Notes under the pieces: generated by a model
The model's database searches: none
What the model saw: the letters and a program-made list of their open reading frames with translations, nothing else
Told to the model about the DNA's origin: nothing
Position numbers and translations under genes: made by a program
Shown: positions 52,225 through 64,000 of the stretch, piece by piece
How positions within the stretch are numbered: position 1 is the first letter of the stretch
Layout of the letters: each line of letters starts with the position of its first letter
Source: Hypanus sabinus
Lineage: Eukaryota
Reading direction: 5' to 3'
NCBI RefSeq assembly: GCF_030144855.1
Contig: NC_082735.1
Span: 20,956,001 to 21,020,000 of the forward strand
DNA: 64,000 nt

Positions 52225-52530
52225 AAAGATTGTCTTTATTTGCCACATATACATCAAAACATACAGTGAAGTGTGATGTTTTAGTCAAATCAAATCAGTA
52301 AGGACTGTGTTGAGCAGCTTACAAGAGTCACCACATTTCCCGTGTCGCCATAGCAGGCTCAGAATTCTCTAACCCTAAAATATGCATCTTTGGGACACGG
52401 GAGGAAACCGGAGCACCCAGAGGAAACCCATGCGGTCACAGGGAGAACGTAGAGAGCCCTTGCAGGCAGCAGGCAGAGCTGAATCCCAATCTAAAAGATG
52501 GCGCTGTAAATCGCTGTGCTAATCGCTAAG
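52225..52530 (-). mobile_element. V-SINE-like SINE with a non-CR1 tail
   Basis: gggaggaaaccggagcacccagaggaaacccatgcggtcacagggagaacgt core; tail on - ttcactgtatgttttgatgtatatgtggcaaataaag. Confidence 0.85.
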
Positions 52531-53219
52531 TCCCTGAGTAATAACAAGACAGTACTGATAAAACAGAAGAACAGATGAAACAGGAGCGGAGGAGACCAAC
52601 TGGCTCTCTGATCCTCCTCACTCTTTAACAAGATCATGGCTGATCTAATCTTGACCTCAACATTTTCCCATTCTGTTTCCTCATCTCTCAACCTTTTTGT
52701 ATTTGAAGTGTTTCACTATCAGACTTGGATGTTTTTAATGACTCTGTCTCCACCAGAGATTCATAATTCTTTTAATGAAGACACTCCTTCTTACCTCCAG
52801 CTGGAATGGGGAGACTTTTGGAAAATTCCTAATTCGAGTCATCCTTACCAATGGGAAACATCCACCAAGTCAATCCCCCTCATCACATTATATATTTCTG
52901 ATTGCAATTAGACTGAAATTGAGGAATGAGGAAAGGCTGCATTTTAAAAAGTAGCAGGTATGGCGATATTGACAGAGCAGCTTGAAACACTTTCTCTGTT
53001 ATAACACATTGTGCCTGCTCACAGGAAAAGGCAATGGAAACATTACAGCACAAGGTATGTTTTCAGTTCACTTTCTTTAATCCAGACATCTCAATTCCAA
53101 GATACTTCATCATACTTTAACTTCAATTTGCTTATTGCAACACAAGAAGTATCAGTCTTATTCCGTGGGAAATGCTGCGGTTGGGAACGAGAGCCGCATC
53201 CTACTTCAACATGATAAGT

Positions 53220-53480
53220 TTGCAGATGCTGGCAATCCAAAGCAACCCACACAAAATGCTGGAGGAACTCAGCAGGTCAGGCAGCATCTATGGAAATGAA
53301 TAGATAGTCGACATTTTGGTCTGAAATCCTTCTTCAAGAATGAGAATGAAGGGAGGAGAATAAAATGATGGGGGGGGGGAGGGAAAGGAAGCAGGCTTGA
53401 AGGGTGGTAGGTGAAGCCAAGTGGGTGGGAAAGGTCAAGGGCTCGAGAAGAAAGAATCTGACAGGAGAGGAGAGTGGATA
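53220..53480 (-). mobile_element. Penelope terminal-repeat copy; degenerate hammerhead 53305-53342
   Basis: tgcagatgctggcaatccaaagcaacccacacaaaatgctggaggaactcagcaggtcaggcagcatctatgg. Confidence 0.88.
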
Positions 53481-53700
53481 CTGTAATATCTTACTCTGAA
53501 TGAAGAAAACCATTCGATAAGCAAAAATTATGATTAGAAGACGAGATAATGAAGCATGTTATGCTGAGGTGGACATAAATATAAATCAGTCAGCTGAGAA
53601 AAGGGAAATAGGTACAAACAATGTATCAGACAGAATGTATCAAACAGAAGTAAGTAGCTTTAGCTGTCCTTTCCACATATCCTTTAGACAAATCATTTGA

Positions 53701-54057
<357 letters not shown>

Positions 54058-54909
54058 TAGATAGATAGATAAATAGATACTTTATTCATCCCCAAGGGGA
54101 AATTCAACATTTTTTCCAGTGTCCCATACACTTATTGTAGCAAAACTAATTACATACAATATTGTACATACTGTATAAAAACTGATTTTTCATACTGTAT
54201 GTAACAAGTTGCATTTATAAGCATGTTGTCAGAGTTAAAGCACGGACAGGGTATATGACGTTCAGCAGAGAAAGCTTCTGTTCTAGCCGCCATCTTGGAA
54301 GGAATGATGTCATGGCTGAAAACTTTTATAGCATCTGGGAAATAAAAAATAGATTCTTAAATGATTATAATCTTCAACCCAGGAGGAAGAAATCGTTGGT
54401 CAAACAGATTATTTTTGTCTGTGCAGGATGGTAAATATTTACAGGAAAGCTTCAGAAATTCTAACACTGAAGCTTCTCAAATCTCAGCACAATATTGTCC
54501 AACAAGCTTTGGTTTAATTTATTTTCCTGATTTGTTTAATCATAGTACTTCTTATTTTTCCTTTTCCCAATATGTAATTTTTACTTCTTGTAAGGCATAA
54601 GAAGAAAACACTGGAAATACATTTCTCATTTATCATTTTCTGAAGGAGTTTGCTGAAAGCACTGAGCATTTTCTCTTCCGATTGATTTTCTGGGTCTTCT
54701 CATCACGTTTTTAACATTTTAAATGCTTGTCTAATTTTTCCTTTTTTTTCAATTACTAGCATAGTGCTGGCAGAGGCGAGGGTATGTAGAATGAAATAGA
54801 TTCTGAAGGTTTTGAATAATCTCATTAAGATCGCTGGTCTTCCACAAGCTCTGTGATTAGGAAACAGATCAAGTTGCGACTCTCAGTTGTAATATGCAAA
54901 AATTCTTTA

Positions 54910-55171
54910 AGGGTATGGTAGCTCAGTAGTTAGCACAGCACTTTACAGTACAGGCAACCTGGGTTCAATTCCTGCAACCGCCTGTAAGGAGTTTATATGT
55001 TCTCTCCGTGACTGAGTGGCCTTCCTCTCACAGTCTTAAGACGTACCAGTTAGCAGTTAATCGGTCATTATAAATTGTCCTGTGATTCGGCTAGGATTAA
55101 ATCGGGGGACTGCTGAGTGGTGCGGCTGGAAGGGCCTAGTCCGTGCTGTAACTCAATAAATAAATAAATAA
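54910..55171 (+). mobile_element. HE1/V-SINE-like SINE with (TAAA)n tail
   Basis: ggtagctcagtagttagcac...gggttcaattcc...gaagggcctagtccgtgctgtaactcaataaataaataaa. Confidence 0.85.
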
Positions 55172-55431
55172 GGTATCTCTACCTCAGGCCTCACTATTCC
55201 TCTGCAGAGGTATTATTGTTTGTTTTTCTGTCATAACTCATAGTACATTTGTGTCTTGCACTGTACTGCTGCAGCAAAACAAGTACCATGACATATGCCA
55301 GTGATAATATTCCTGATTCTCTTTCTCATTCCGATAAGGACTTCACTGTGTGACAATACATGTGAAAGACATTGGTATGTGGCAGCTAGAAGAATACTAC
55401 TTTAATACAGTGTAAAACGGCATAGATATGA

Positions 55432-55698
<267 letters not shown>

Positions 55699-56435
55699 TG
55701 ATTCTTTTTCTGTGTTTTAATAAAATCATCCATTATATATTTTGCTTCTACACTGAACTGTCCCTTTTAATTGTCTTAAGCTTTTTTTTTAATATTATAT
55801 GTTGCATGCAATTGTTTCAGCTCTAAGTCCAATTAACAAACTGTTGTCATTTTGGGTTTTTGACTAAGGGACTTGAGTTGGACAACGAGGATTATTTTCC
55901 ATTGTTAAAGGAGAGAGAATCTGAATGATCATCGTGAATCTACCTGCTTCATTCATTATTTTAATTATGTTGAAAAGTGAATACCATGAACAGAAGAGGC
56001 AGAAACAGAATTGGAGAAAACTGTTCAAATAAAAAAAGACTGGTTTTAAGTTCCACAGAAGGAAAATGTGAGATGTTTCGATTGATCCTAGTCTGGTGTT
56101 AGTTACAGAGCACAAGAATCACTTTGTCATGTGCCCATTCAACATATCTAGGTGCTATTATTTCACGCCAGACCCCGACATTACTCTCACAGCTGCTTCA
56201 GTCTCACACTTAACTCACATAACAACCAATATACAAACGTGTAGATACACCTGTTAAAACTGATCTATTGTGAATAAATATGAAGTACGTGATCTTAATC
56301 AGAATTTTCATTATAGAAGAACCTTTTTTAATTTGAAGTAAAGGATATTTTTGGAAATTTTGAGTGGTGATGACAGAAGACTATTGCCTAATATTTTTAA
56401 TTTACAAACGTACCATTGTGAGTCATGTCAACTTA

Positions 56436-56884
56436 GCAGTCCATCATAGGAAAAGACCTCCCCTCCATTGAGCATATTTACAAGGAAGGATGCCACAAGG
56501 ATGCAATAACCATCATCAAGGAGCCCACTCAGCAGGCCATGCTCTCCACTCATTGATGCCACCGGAAAGGGGATACAGGAGCCTGAGGCCCTGCACCACC
56601 AGGTTCAGGAATATCACTCGCCTCAGTTCTGAACTGATTCCACAACCTATGAACTTACTTTCATGAACTCATGTTCTCAGTATTATTTACTTTACTTACT
56701 TGATTGTTATTATTTTGCTTTTGTATTTGCACTGTTTGTCTTCTTCTGTACATAGGTTGATTGTCAGTCTTTGTGTGTAGTTTTTCATTGACTCTAATGT
56801 ATTTCTTTGTTCTACTGTGAATGCCTGGAAGGAAATGACTGATGACACATACATACTTTGATAATAAATTTACTTTGAACTTAA
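56436..56884 (+). mobile_element. Rex1/Babar LINE 3' fragment
   Basis: cagtccatcataggaaaagacctcccctccattgagc...ccatcatcaagga...gataataaatttactttgaac; paralog of 62075. Confidence 0.8.
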
Positions 56885-58294
56885 CATCCCCTTTCCAAAG
56901 CTATTGATTCAATTTCCATTAAAGTGGAGGGGAGGGATATTTAATTACAGTTAAAATTTAAAATAGTAGTGTAAGAATTGAGGAGCAGGAAAGCGTAGAA
57001 CATTTTTATATAAATCATCCTCTTGTCTTGGGGAGGAAAGCTGCTAACCCTGCTCAGTCAGCTTTTTATGTGTCTCACAACCTACAAAGTTCAATGATTC
57101 AAGTTAATGTCAGAGAATATATGTAACATACAACCTGAAATTCTTACTCTTCACAGACATCCATTAAACAGAGAAAAACTGAAAACCCCAAAGAATGAAT
57201 GACAAAAGAATGTTAAAACTCCAAAGCCCCACTCCCCCACCCCATCCACACAAACAGCAGCAAAGCATCAACCATCCACTCCCCCTTCCCACACTTGTTC
57301 CAGCAAAAATGCATCAGCATCCCCCCCACCTCCCTCCACCCACCATGAAAGCAATAGCAAGCCCCCAGAGGCATTGATTTAGAGTCTTTCATAAACTACT
57401 GTCCTTCCCAACGTTTCAACATCTCAACAGGCCCCCTCTCTTAATAATGAGGGAGAGATATCACTTCTGCTCACTATTTCAATGTTACAGTTTGTAGCAC
57501 TGCTTACTTCAAATTTCTCCTGACTCAAGAATCAGCAGACTCTCGTTCACCATCGGGAAAGAGGTCGCTTAAGTGCAGAGGCCTCTGACTGTTACTCCTG
57601 CTGTCTCAATGTTTCAATCTCCCATTGAAATGGCCAGTTAGCAACTCAGCTCAATGGAGGTTACAGGGGGATATTAAGAGCTATCTTTGCCTACAATGCA
57701 CACATTCTTAATTTATTTAATAATAAATACAATTTATACAGTTCTTAATTTATTTAATACAATTTATTTATTTATTTAATAATAAATACAATTCACATTC
57801 TGCCACTTTTGGCCTATTTTTCTTATTTGTCCACAGGATATGGATGTGGAGATCATGCTGAAACCACAAAGAAAAATAATTAGGCCACAGCTAGTATATT
57901 AGTTACCAATCCAGTCACTATATGACAGGAAGTATGTGATAGCATGAGAGGGAATGAAATAAAGATCTAAGAAGATATTCAGAGAGTTTCAGGTGTAGCA
58001 ATGAAGAAACAACCATCAGTGTGAGGTAGATTCTTTCAATAGATTCCTTCAAAACAAAACATACATAAGGGGAGGTTTATTTGAATCATATAAAATCACA
58101 AGATTCTACAGAACGAAGGGAGAAGGTATCTATTTCCCTTGGAAGAAATATCAGTAACTAGGGGAAACGGTAGAATGACTGGAGTGTAGTTGAGAAAATT
58201 GCTGAGTACATAAGCAAGTTCGAAGTTGAAAGTAAATTTATTATCTAAATACACATTCTACCTTGAGATTCATTTTCTTGCAGCCGTTTACAGT

Positions 58295-58650
58295 ATCATC
58301 ATTATGTGCCATGTCATTTGTCTTGAGCAAACATAGACTTTCCATGACCATGATTATTCGTGGCAATTTTTTTGTACTGAAGGTGTTCATTGATGCCTTC
58401 TTCTGGGCAGTGTCTTCACAAGAGGGGTGACCCCAGCCATTATCAATACTCTTCAGAGATTGTCTGCCTGGCGTCAGTGGTCACATAACCAGGACTTGCG
58501 ATATGTACCAGATGCTCATACGACCATCTGCCACCTGCACCCATGCCTTCACATGACCCTGATCAGGGGGCTAAGCAGGTGCTACACCTTGCCCAAGGGT
58601 GACCTGCAGGCTAGCAGAGGGAAGGAGAGCATTATATTTCCTTTGGTGAA
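58295..58650 (-). mobile_element. RTE-related SINE-like element, copy 3 (5'-truncated), nested in another retroposon
   Basis: gtgaccccagccattatcaatactcttcagagattgtctgcctggc nearly identical to 42054-42099. Confidence 0.82.
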
Positions 58651-60317
58651 GATAATATTTTATGGAAAACTATAAAGAATGGCTAACTCCACATGGGCAA
58701 AAGAGGGGAAATCATGCCAATAATATATACTTTTAAAAGAAGTAATGAGTAATGCTGAGAACATGAGTTTGTTGGATCCTTGAAAGCGAGTCTATAGGTT
58801 GTGCGGTCAGTTCAACGTGGAGGTGAATGAGGTCAGAGTGAGGGTGAATAAGGTAAGAAGTAGTTAGGATCCAAAACTAACTGCTTGGAAGGATGGTGGA
58901 GCCGAAAACTAGTCCATGGTTTGAGAAATAGACAGTAGGAATAACCTAAATCACCCCATCTATGGCCAGTGTGAGCATTATCGGCAGACTGACCTCCTGT
59001 GTTATTATTTATTTAATGAATTATTGAATTTTAAATTCCTCCTCTTCTTTGGTGTAATTCATATTTGTGCATTTGGTGATGTGTTAACTGTTTTTCTGCT
59101 ACCCAAGTTTTGAACTTCAGAAATACCTCCACAGATTTTCTCTTTCCTTTCCTATAGGACCCTCTTAAAACCTACCTTTGACCAATTATCCAGTTCTCTT
59201 ACCCAGATGGAGTTTCTGTGGCTCAGTGTCAAATATTGTTGGCTCGCGCTCATATGACATGTTTTTACTTTGCAAAAAGTACAATAAAAATGCATACTCT
59301 TTTTCTTAGAGACAACACTTCTGGGAGGCTTAAGTTCAGAATGCTGCTGTGAAATATAAACAGACGTGGTTTAATCCACTGTTTGATCATTGCTTTGCTA
59401 TTGGCAAGAAATCCAACAAACGTGGCCAACTGATTGATAACCAGGATTTGGCTTATTGAATCGCATTGAACTATTTGGTGTTCTTTTAATTATCTTTGAG
59501 CATGTGCTGCAGTCAAATGAAATTTACATTTTAATGGATTCACTTCATCAGCAAATGCTACATCAAATCATTTTGCCCTGAGCAATTTTATGATCAACAT
59601 CTGTTGTGCTTTTGCAGAGCCTTTTTTTAAAATCCATTTTCTGTATTGATGAGGACGTTGCACAAGAACGAAAATTGTCTGGTACTTTTATTCAGTTGTA
59701 ACCTTTGGTTTTCTATATGTTCCATCCTCTGATTATTTGTGGGAAAGAATCAACACCGTTTTCCAATTTATGTTGACAGTGACCAGGTCTGTTTCCAACC
59801 AATAATTTATAATGCTGAGTGGCCAAGTGGCCAGATTAATTGGTCATTGAGAATATTAAGTCAGACATGACAATTAGGTAGATAGGCTAAGGAATAAGAT
59901 TCCCTTTAATGCATATCCATTAGCAAGCTTTGAAAAATTAAATGATGCGGGTGGGACAGGTAGTCATCTTGCAAGTTTTCAGTAAATGTGATTTATTTTT
60001 CTAAGCCAGAGCAATGATCACCCTTAACAGCATCTCACTATCAGGCAAAAGACCAAGTATAAGAGTGAAGTTTAATTTTGTGTAGTTCAGTATGCTTTAT
60101 CCTCCACGGGAAATCAATGCACTAAAGGAGGATTCAGTGCTAAGATGCTGGGGTAGGGGACTGTCTTCGATGCAAAGAACAAAATAATTGCTGGTGAAAG
60201 GATTGTTGTCTCTTCTCAATATTCTGTTCCACCATATATGTTTAACACTAGAAATGAAGATTGAACTTCGACCACAGTTAGTCATAGAAATTCTAACAAA
60301 AAATAAGAGTAAATTAA

Positions 60318-60675
60318 AGAACATAGAACATAGGAAAATACAGCACAGGGGCAGGCTCTTTGGCTCATGATGATCTCATTGTATGTGATGCCAAATGAAA
60401 CTAGTCTCTTCCGCCCTGTACATGATCCCTCTATTCCCTTACATGTTTTTGTACCTCTCTATAAACCTCATCATAGCCACTAACATATCAACTTTGATTG
60501 CCACCGCTGGCATGAACCACTCTCTGTGTAATAAAACTTCCTCTGCACATCTGCTTTATACTTTCCCCTCTCACCTTAAAGCTAGGCCCTCTCATACTCA
60601 AAATTTCTATCTGAGGGAAAACATACTTGGTTGCCTTACCTAACTACACCACTCATAGTTTTATGAACTTCCATT
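60318..60675 (-). mobile_element. CR1 LINE 3' end
   Basis: agaacatagaacatagg tail; caggctctttggctcatga; tttcccctctcaccttaaa. Confidence 0.75.
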
Positions 60676-60922
60676 AGTAGTTCCAACTTTTAAAACTTAA
60701 GTTATCAACACAATTCCTATTTTTGTCCATTTGCTAAATTGAATAGCATAATTTAAATTAAAATAGCCCATCTAAAAGTCCATGATTCTTTCCTTTTTGT
60801 GCCAGGGTTAAGTTCGCAACCAAAGTGCACCATCTCTTGGAAATCATTCTCCTTCACTGCTGTTTTTACTGTGAAGTGAATGGCTGGCAGTGGAGTGAGG
60901 TAGGCTGCAATTGTTGTACTGA

Positions 60923-61210
<288 letters not shown>

Positions 61211-62074
61211 TGATAAAAGAAATTGGCTCATTTTGATGAATGTTTATTGCTTATTATATGAAAAATCTCTACCATGAAAAATTTATTTTAGTACTTGGAA
61301 CCTCTTTTAATCAGGCAAATAAATAAAGAAGATGAATTAATATTTTGAAAATAACCAGGGATCACAGAGCAGCTTACAACCTAAAATCTGTAGTTAATGC
61401 TCTAATGTAGGAATTATAATAACCAGTTTGCTTGTGCCAAGGTAACACAAGTAGAAAGGTCCCATAAAAAGATTACACAAAAAGGTGAATTACCAGTTTG
61501 ATATGTTAAGATGAAAGATCGCGGGAATGAATCTCTAGGTTAAATCATCAGATTTTATTTCCTTGATGTTGGGTGAGGAATTAATGTTGGTTAGTTTTCA
61601 AATCTTTGGTGATGATGTGAAAAAACACGGAGACACACAGCTTAATGGCTGATCCGTAACACTTCCAACATAAACACTTTCAGAACAGCACTAATACATT
61701 AAAAAATATTTATTCAAATCCATGAGTGAGATTTGAACCCACAACTTTATCCTTCAAAGAAATAAATCCTTCTATTGAAGCACGTGCTTCTCCGATTTTC
61801 ACATTACTCTTTCTCAATTGTGCTTGGTGGGGTCTAATCATTAATGTTGCCACAATTTTCCCTCCTCCCCCCAAACTTACTCTTTGAAATCTTAATTTCT
61901 GAGCCACTCAGCTCCTTGGGTCCTTCCAGCATCGTTACCTTGATCACTGTTAAAACAAAACGTATCATAAGTGGTGACTAGGCTGTATTCAGAATAAAGT
62001 GAAGCCCTGTACATAAGGTCTCGAGTGGGCTTCTGACGGATCATGCTATCAAAGGTGTGTAAGTCTAACTTCTG

Positions 62075-63537
62075 AAATGTGCAGTGGAGAGTATATTAAC
62101 TGGTGGCATCAAAGTTTGGTATGGAAATACCAATGCCCTTGAATAGAAAAGCCGACAAAAGGTCATGGCTACAGCCCAGTCCATCATAGGCAAAGTCCAC
62201 CCCACCACTGAGAACACCTACACGGAGCACTATCATAGCAAAGCAGCATCCATCATCAAGGATTCCCACTATCCAGTTCATATCCTCTCCTTGCTGCTGC
62301 CATCAGGAAGAAGTACAGGAGCCTCAGGACTCGCACCACCAGTTTCGGGAACTGTAACTACCCCTCAACCATTAGGGTTTTGAACCAAAGGGGATAACTT
62401 CACTCAACTTCACTTGCCCCATCATTGAAATGTTCCCATAACCTTTGGACCTTCTCTCGAGGATGCTGCAACTCACTTTCTTGATATTTATTGCTTACTT
62501 ATTATTTATATTTTGAGCTCTTTTTCTCATTTTATATTTGCAAGTTTGTTGTCTTTTGTACATTTGTTGTTTATCCGTCCTGTTGGAGGTGGTCTTTCAT
62601 TGATTCTACTGTGTTTCTTGTTTCTAATGTGAATGCCTATAAGAAAAGGTCTCTCAGGATAGTATTGTGACATCAAATCAAATTGTTAAACCATACCTAG
62701 ATACAGCTGAATTAGACAGTGTTACTCTGAGGCCAAGGTGCAAAACATTCAAAATAGCAAGTAACATAATTCAAAACAGCGAGCAAAGAAACGTATTCAC
62801 TCGAAATAAAATATATATATCGTCCAAAATCCTGAGCGACAATGTCAGCAATCAATGGTACTGTCTGCTGGCATTGTGCAGGCTATGCAATCCAGCCTGT
62901 CATTCCTCCGCTCGAACACAGGAGGGCAGCACTGATGGGAGCGGCCAGGCTATTGTGCTATAGCAGGCAAGCCTGAGGCTTGAGGCCTAGTTCTCATTGC
63001 AACAGCTCCAATGTCATCTGTCCCATCATCAGACAAGGCCTCCTGAAACTTGCATTAGCACCATTCAACAAAGTCTTGCGACTAAGTGAAATGTCTGAGA
63101 CAATCTCCCACGGTTACACTGCACGAACTTCAATGCTTCTGAAAAGAGGCAGCAACACATTCTGCAGCCTGGTCAGCTCCTCTGTACCCAAACTGGCTTC
63201 TCCGTCATCCCAGCGAGCTCCCCTGACATTCTGATTTCCTGACAGGCTCCTCTGATATCCTGACCAGCTCCTTCTCTAACATTTCAGCTGGCCCCTTGGA
63301 CACCTAAGCCAGCTCTGCTGCTGACACCAGTCGAGCTACTCCGATCAGCGAGCAGCTCACTGATGGAGTAGCCCTGCAGTACCTAAAGTTCTTGGAGTAG
63401 AGTTGTCTTTGGATTGTAAAAAACACATTCTACAAAGAAAGTTAGCATCTCTGGTCCACACACACCGCCATCTTACCAGAAGATCAAAAACATGTACATA
63501 CTTTGATAATAATTTTACTTTCAAGTTTGATCTTTGA
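62075..63537 (+). mobile_element. Rex1/Babar 3' fragment whose 3' UTR is split by an ~800-bp insertion
   Basis: AQSIIGK...KAASIIKDSHYPVHILSLLLPSGR; tail resumes at ~63490 as catactttgataataattttacttt. Confidence 0.8.
62668..63482 (-). mobile_element. Unclassified non-coding retroposon, longer paralog of 19905-20400, with AAGATGGCGG at its 5' end
   Basis: Homology to 19905-20400; ccgccatctt near 63466-63475. Confidence 0.7.
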
Positions 63538-64000
63538 ATCGTGCTTTGATATTTAAGTATAAAACACTTAAGTATTCATGGTAATAAGGCTATTAACATG
63601 TTCCAATTTAGAAATTAAAATGTGATCAGTTTTCAACTTAAATTTTTTCACCTTCAGGAATATCTGATAAGTTTACCGTCCGATAACAATAGTTGAATAA
63701 TGAAGTGCAAAATAAGATGATATATAAATGATGCAGTATTGTATAATTTCTTGCAAGTTGAGTAAGGTTTCTTTTCTTTGTTAAATCAATGTTTTTTTCC
63801 CTCATCTCAAGAGTAACATTAACATTGTTGGACAGCAACATTATGCATTCACATCACAGAAGGAAACATCTGTGCACCAGAACAAAGTTTCCAAGCAGTG
63901 AATTCCAAAGTGGCTGGATGCTTTGAAATGCTCAGAAGTCATCCAGAATGGCTAATGATTAATTAACCAAAATCTTAAAAGAAAGCATACCCTTCAATCA

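Overview
Vertebrate genomic DNA, most likely an elasmobranch (ray/shark; inferred from HE1/V-SINE-like, CR1, Rex1/Babar and Penelope repeat content). The whole window lies inside one + strand gene: ten internal exons (4189-61133; 195,174,174,174,189,174,183,177,180,174 nt; all AG/GT-bounded, all phase 1-1) splice into a stop-free 598-codon run of ten tandem Sushi/CCP domains, best matching the C-terminal Sushi array of CSMD2. Start and stop lie outside the window. The introns are a nested patchwork of decayed transposons: CR1, Rex1/Babar, RTE, L1-like and Vingi-like LINE fragments, tRNA-derived SINEs, three solo LTRs, two Tc1/pogo-type DNA elements and about 15 Penelope-like (GIY-YIG) fragments. 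The most striking non-coding signal is that the Penelope-like repeat carries a minimal type I hammerhead ribozyme (reconstructed consensus CAGTC-CTGATGA-A-GGGTCTCGGCCC-GAA-ACGT-C/GACTG) readable in 13 copies. One copy (44717-44754, -) keeps every core nucleotide; several copies are ~100-135 bp mini-elements starting at the ribozyme; one is folded back in a perfect 24-bp inverted repeat. Exon, TSD, TIR and ribozyme coordinates were counted by hand; other repeat boundaries are approximate and family names come from recalled motifs, not database searches.
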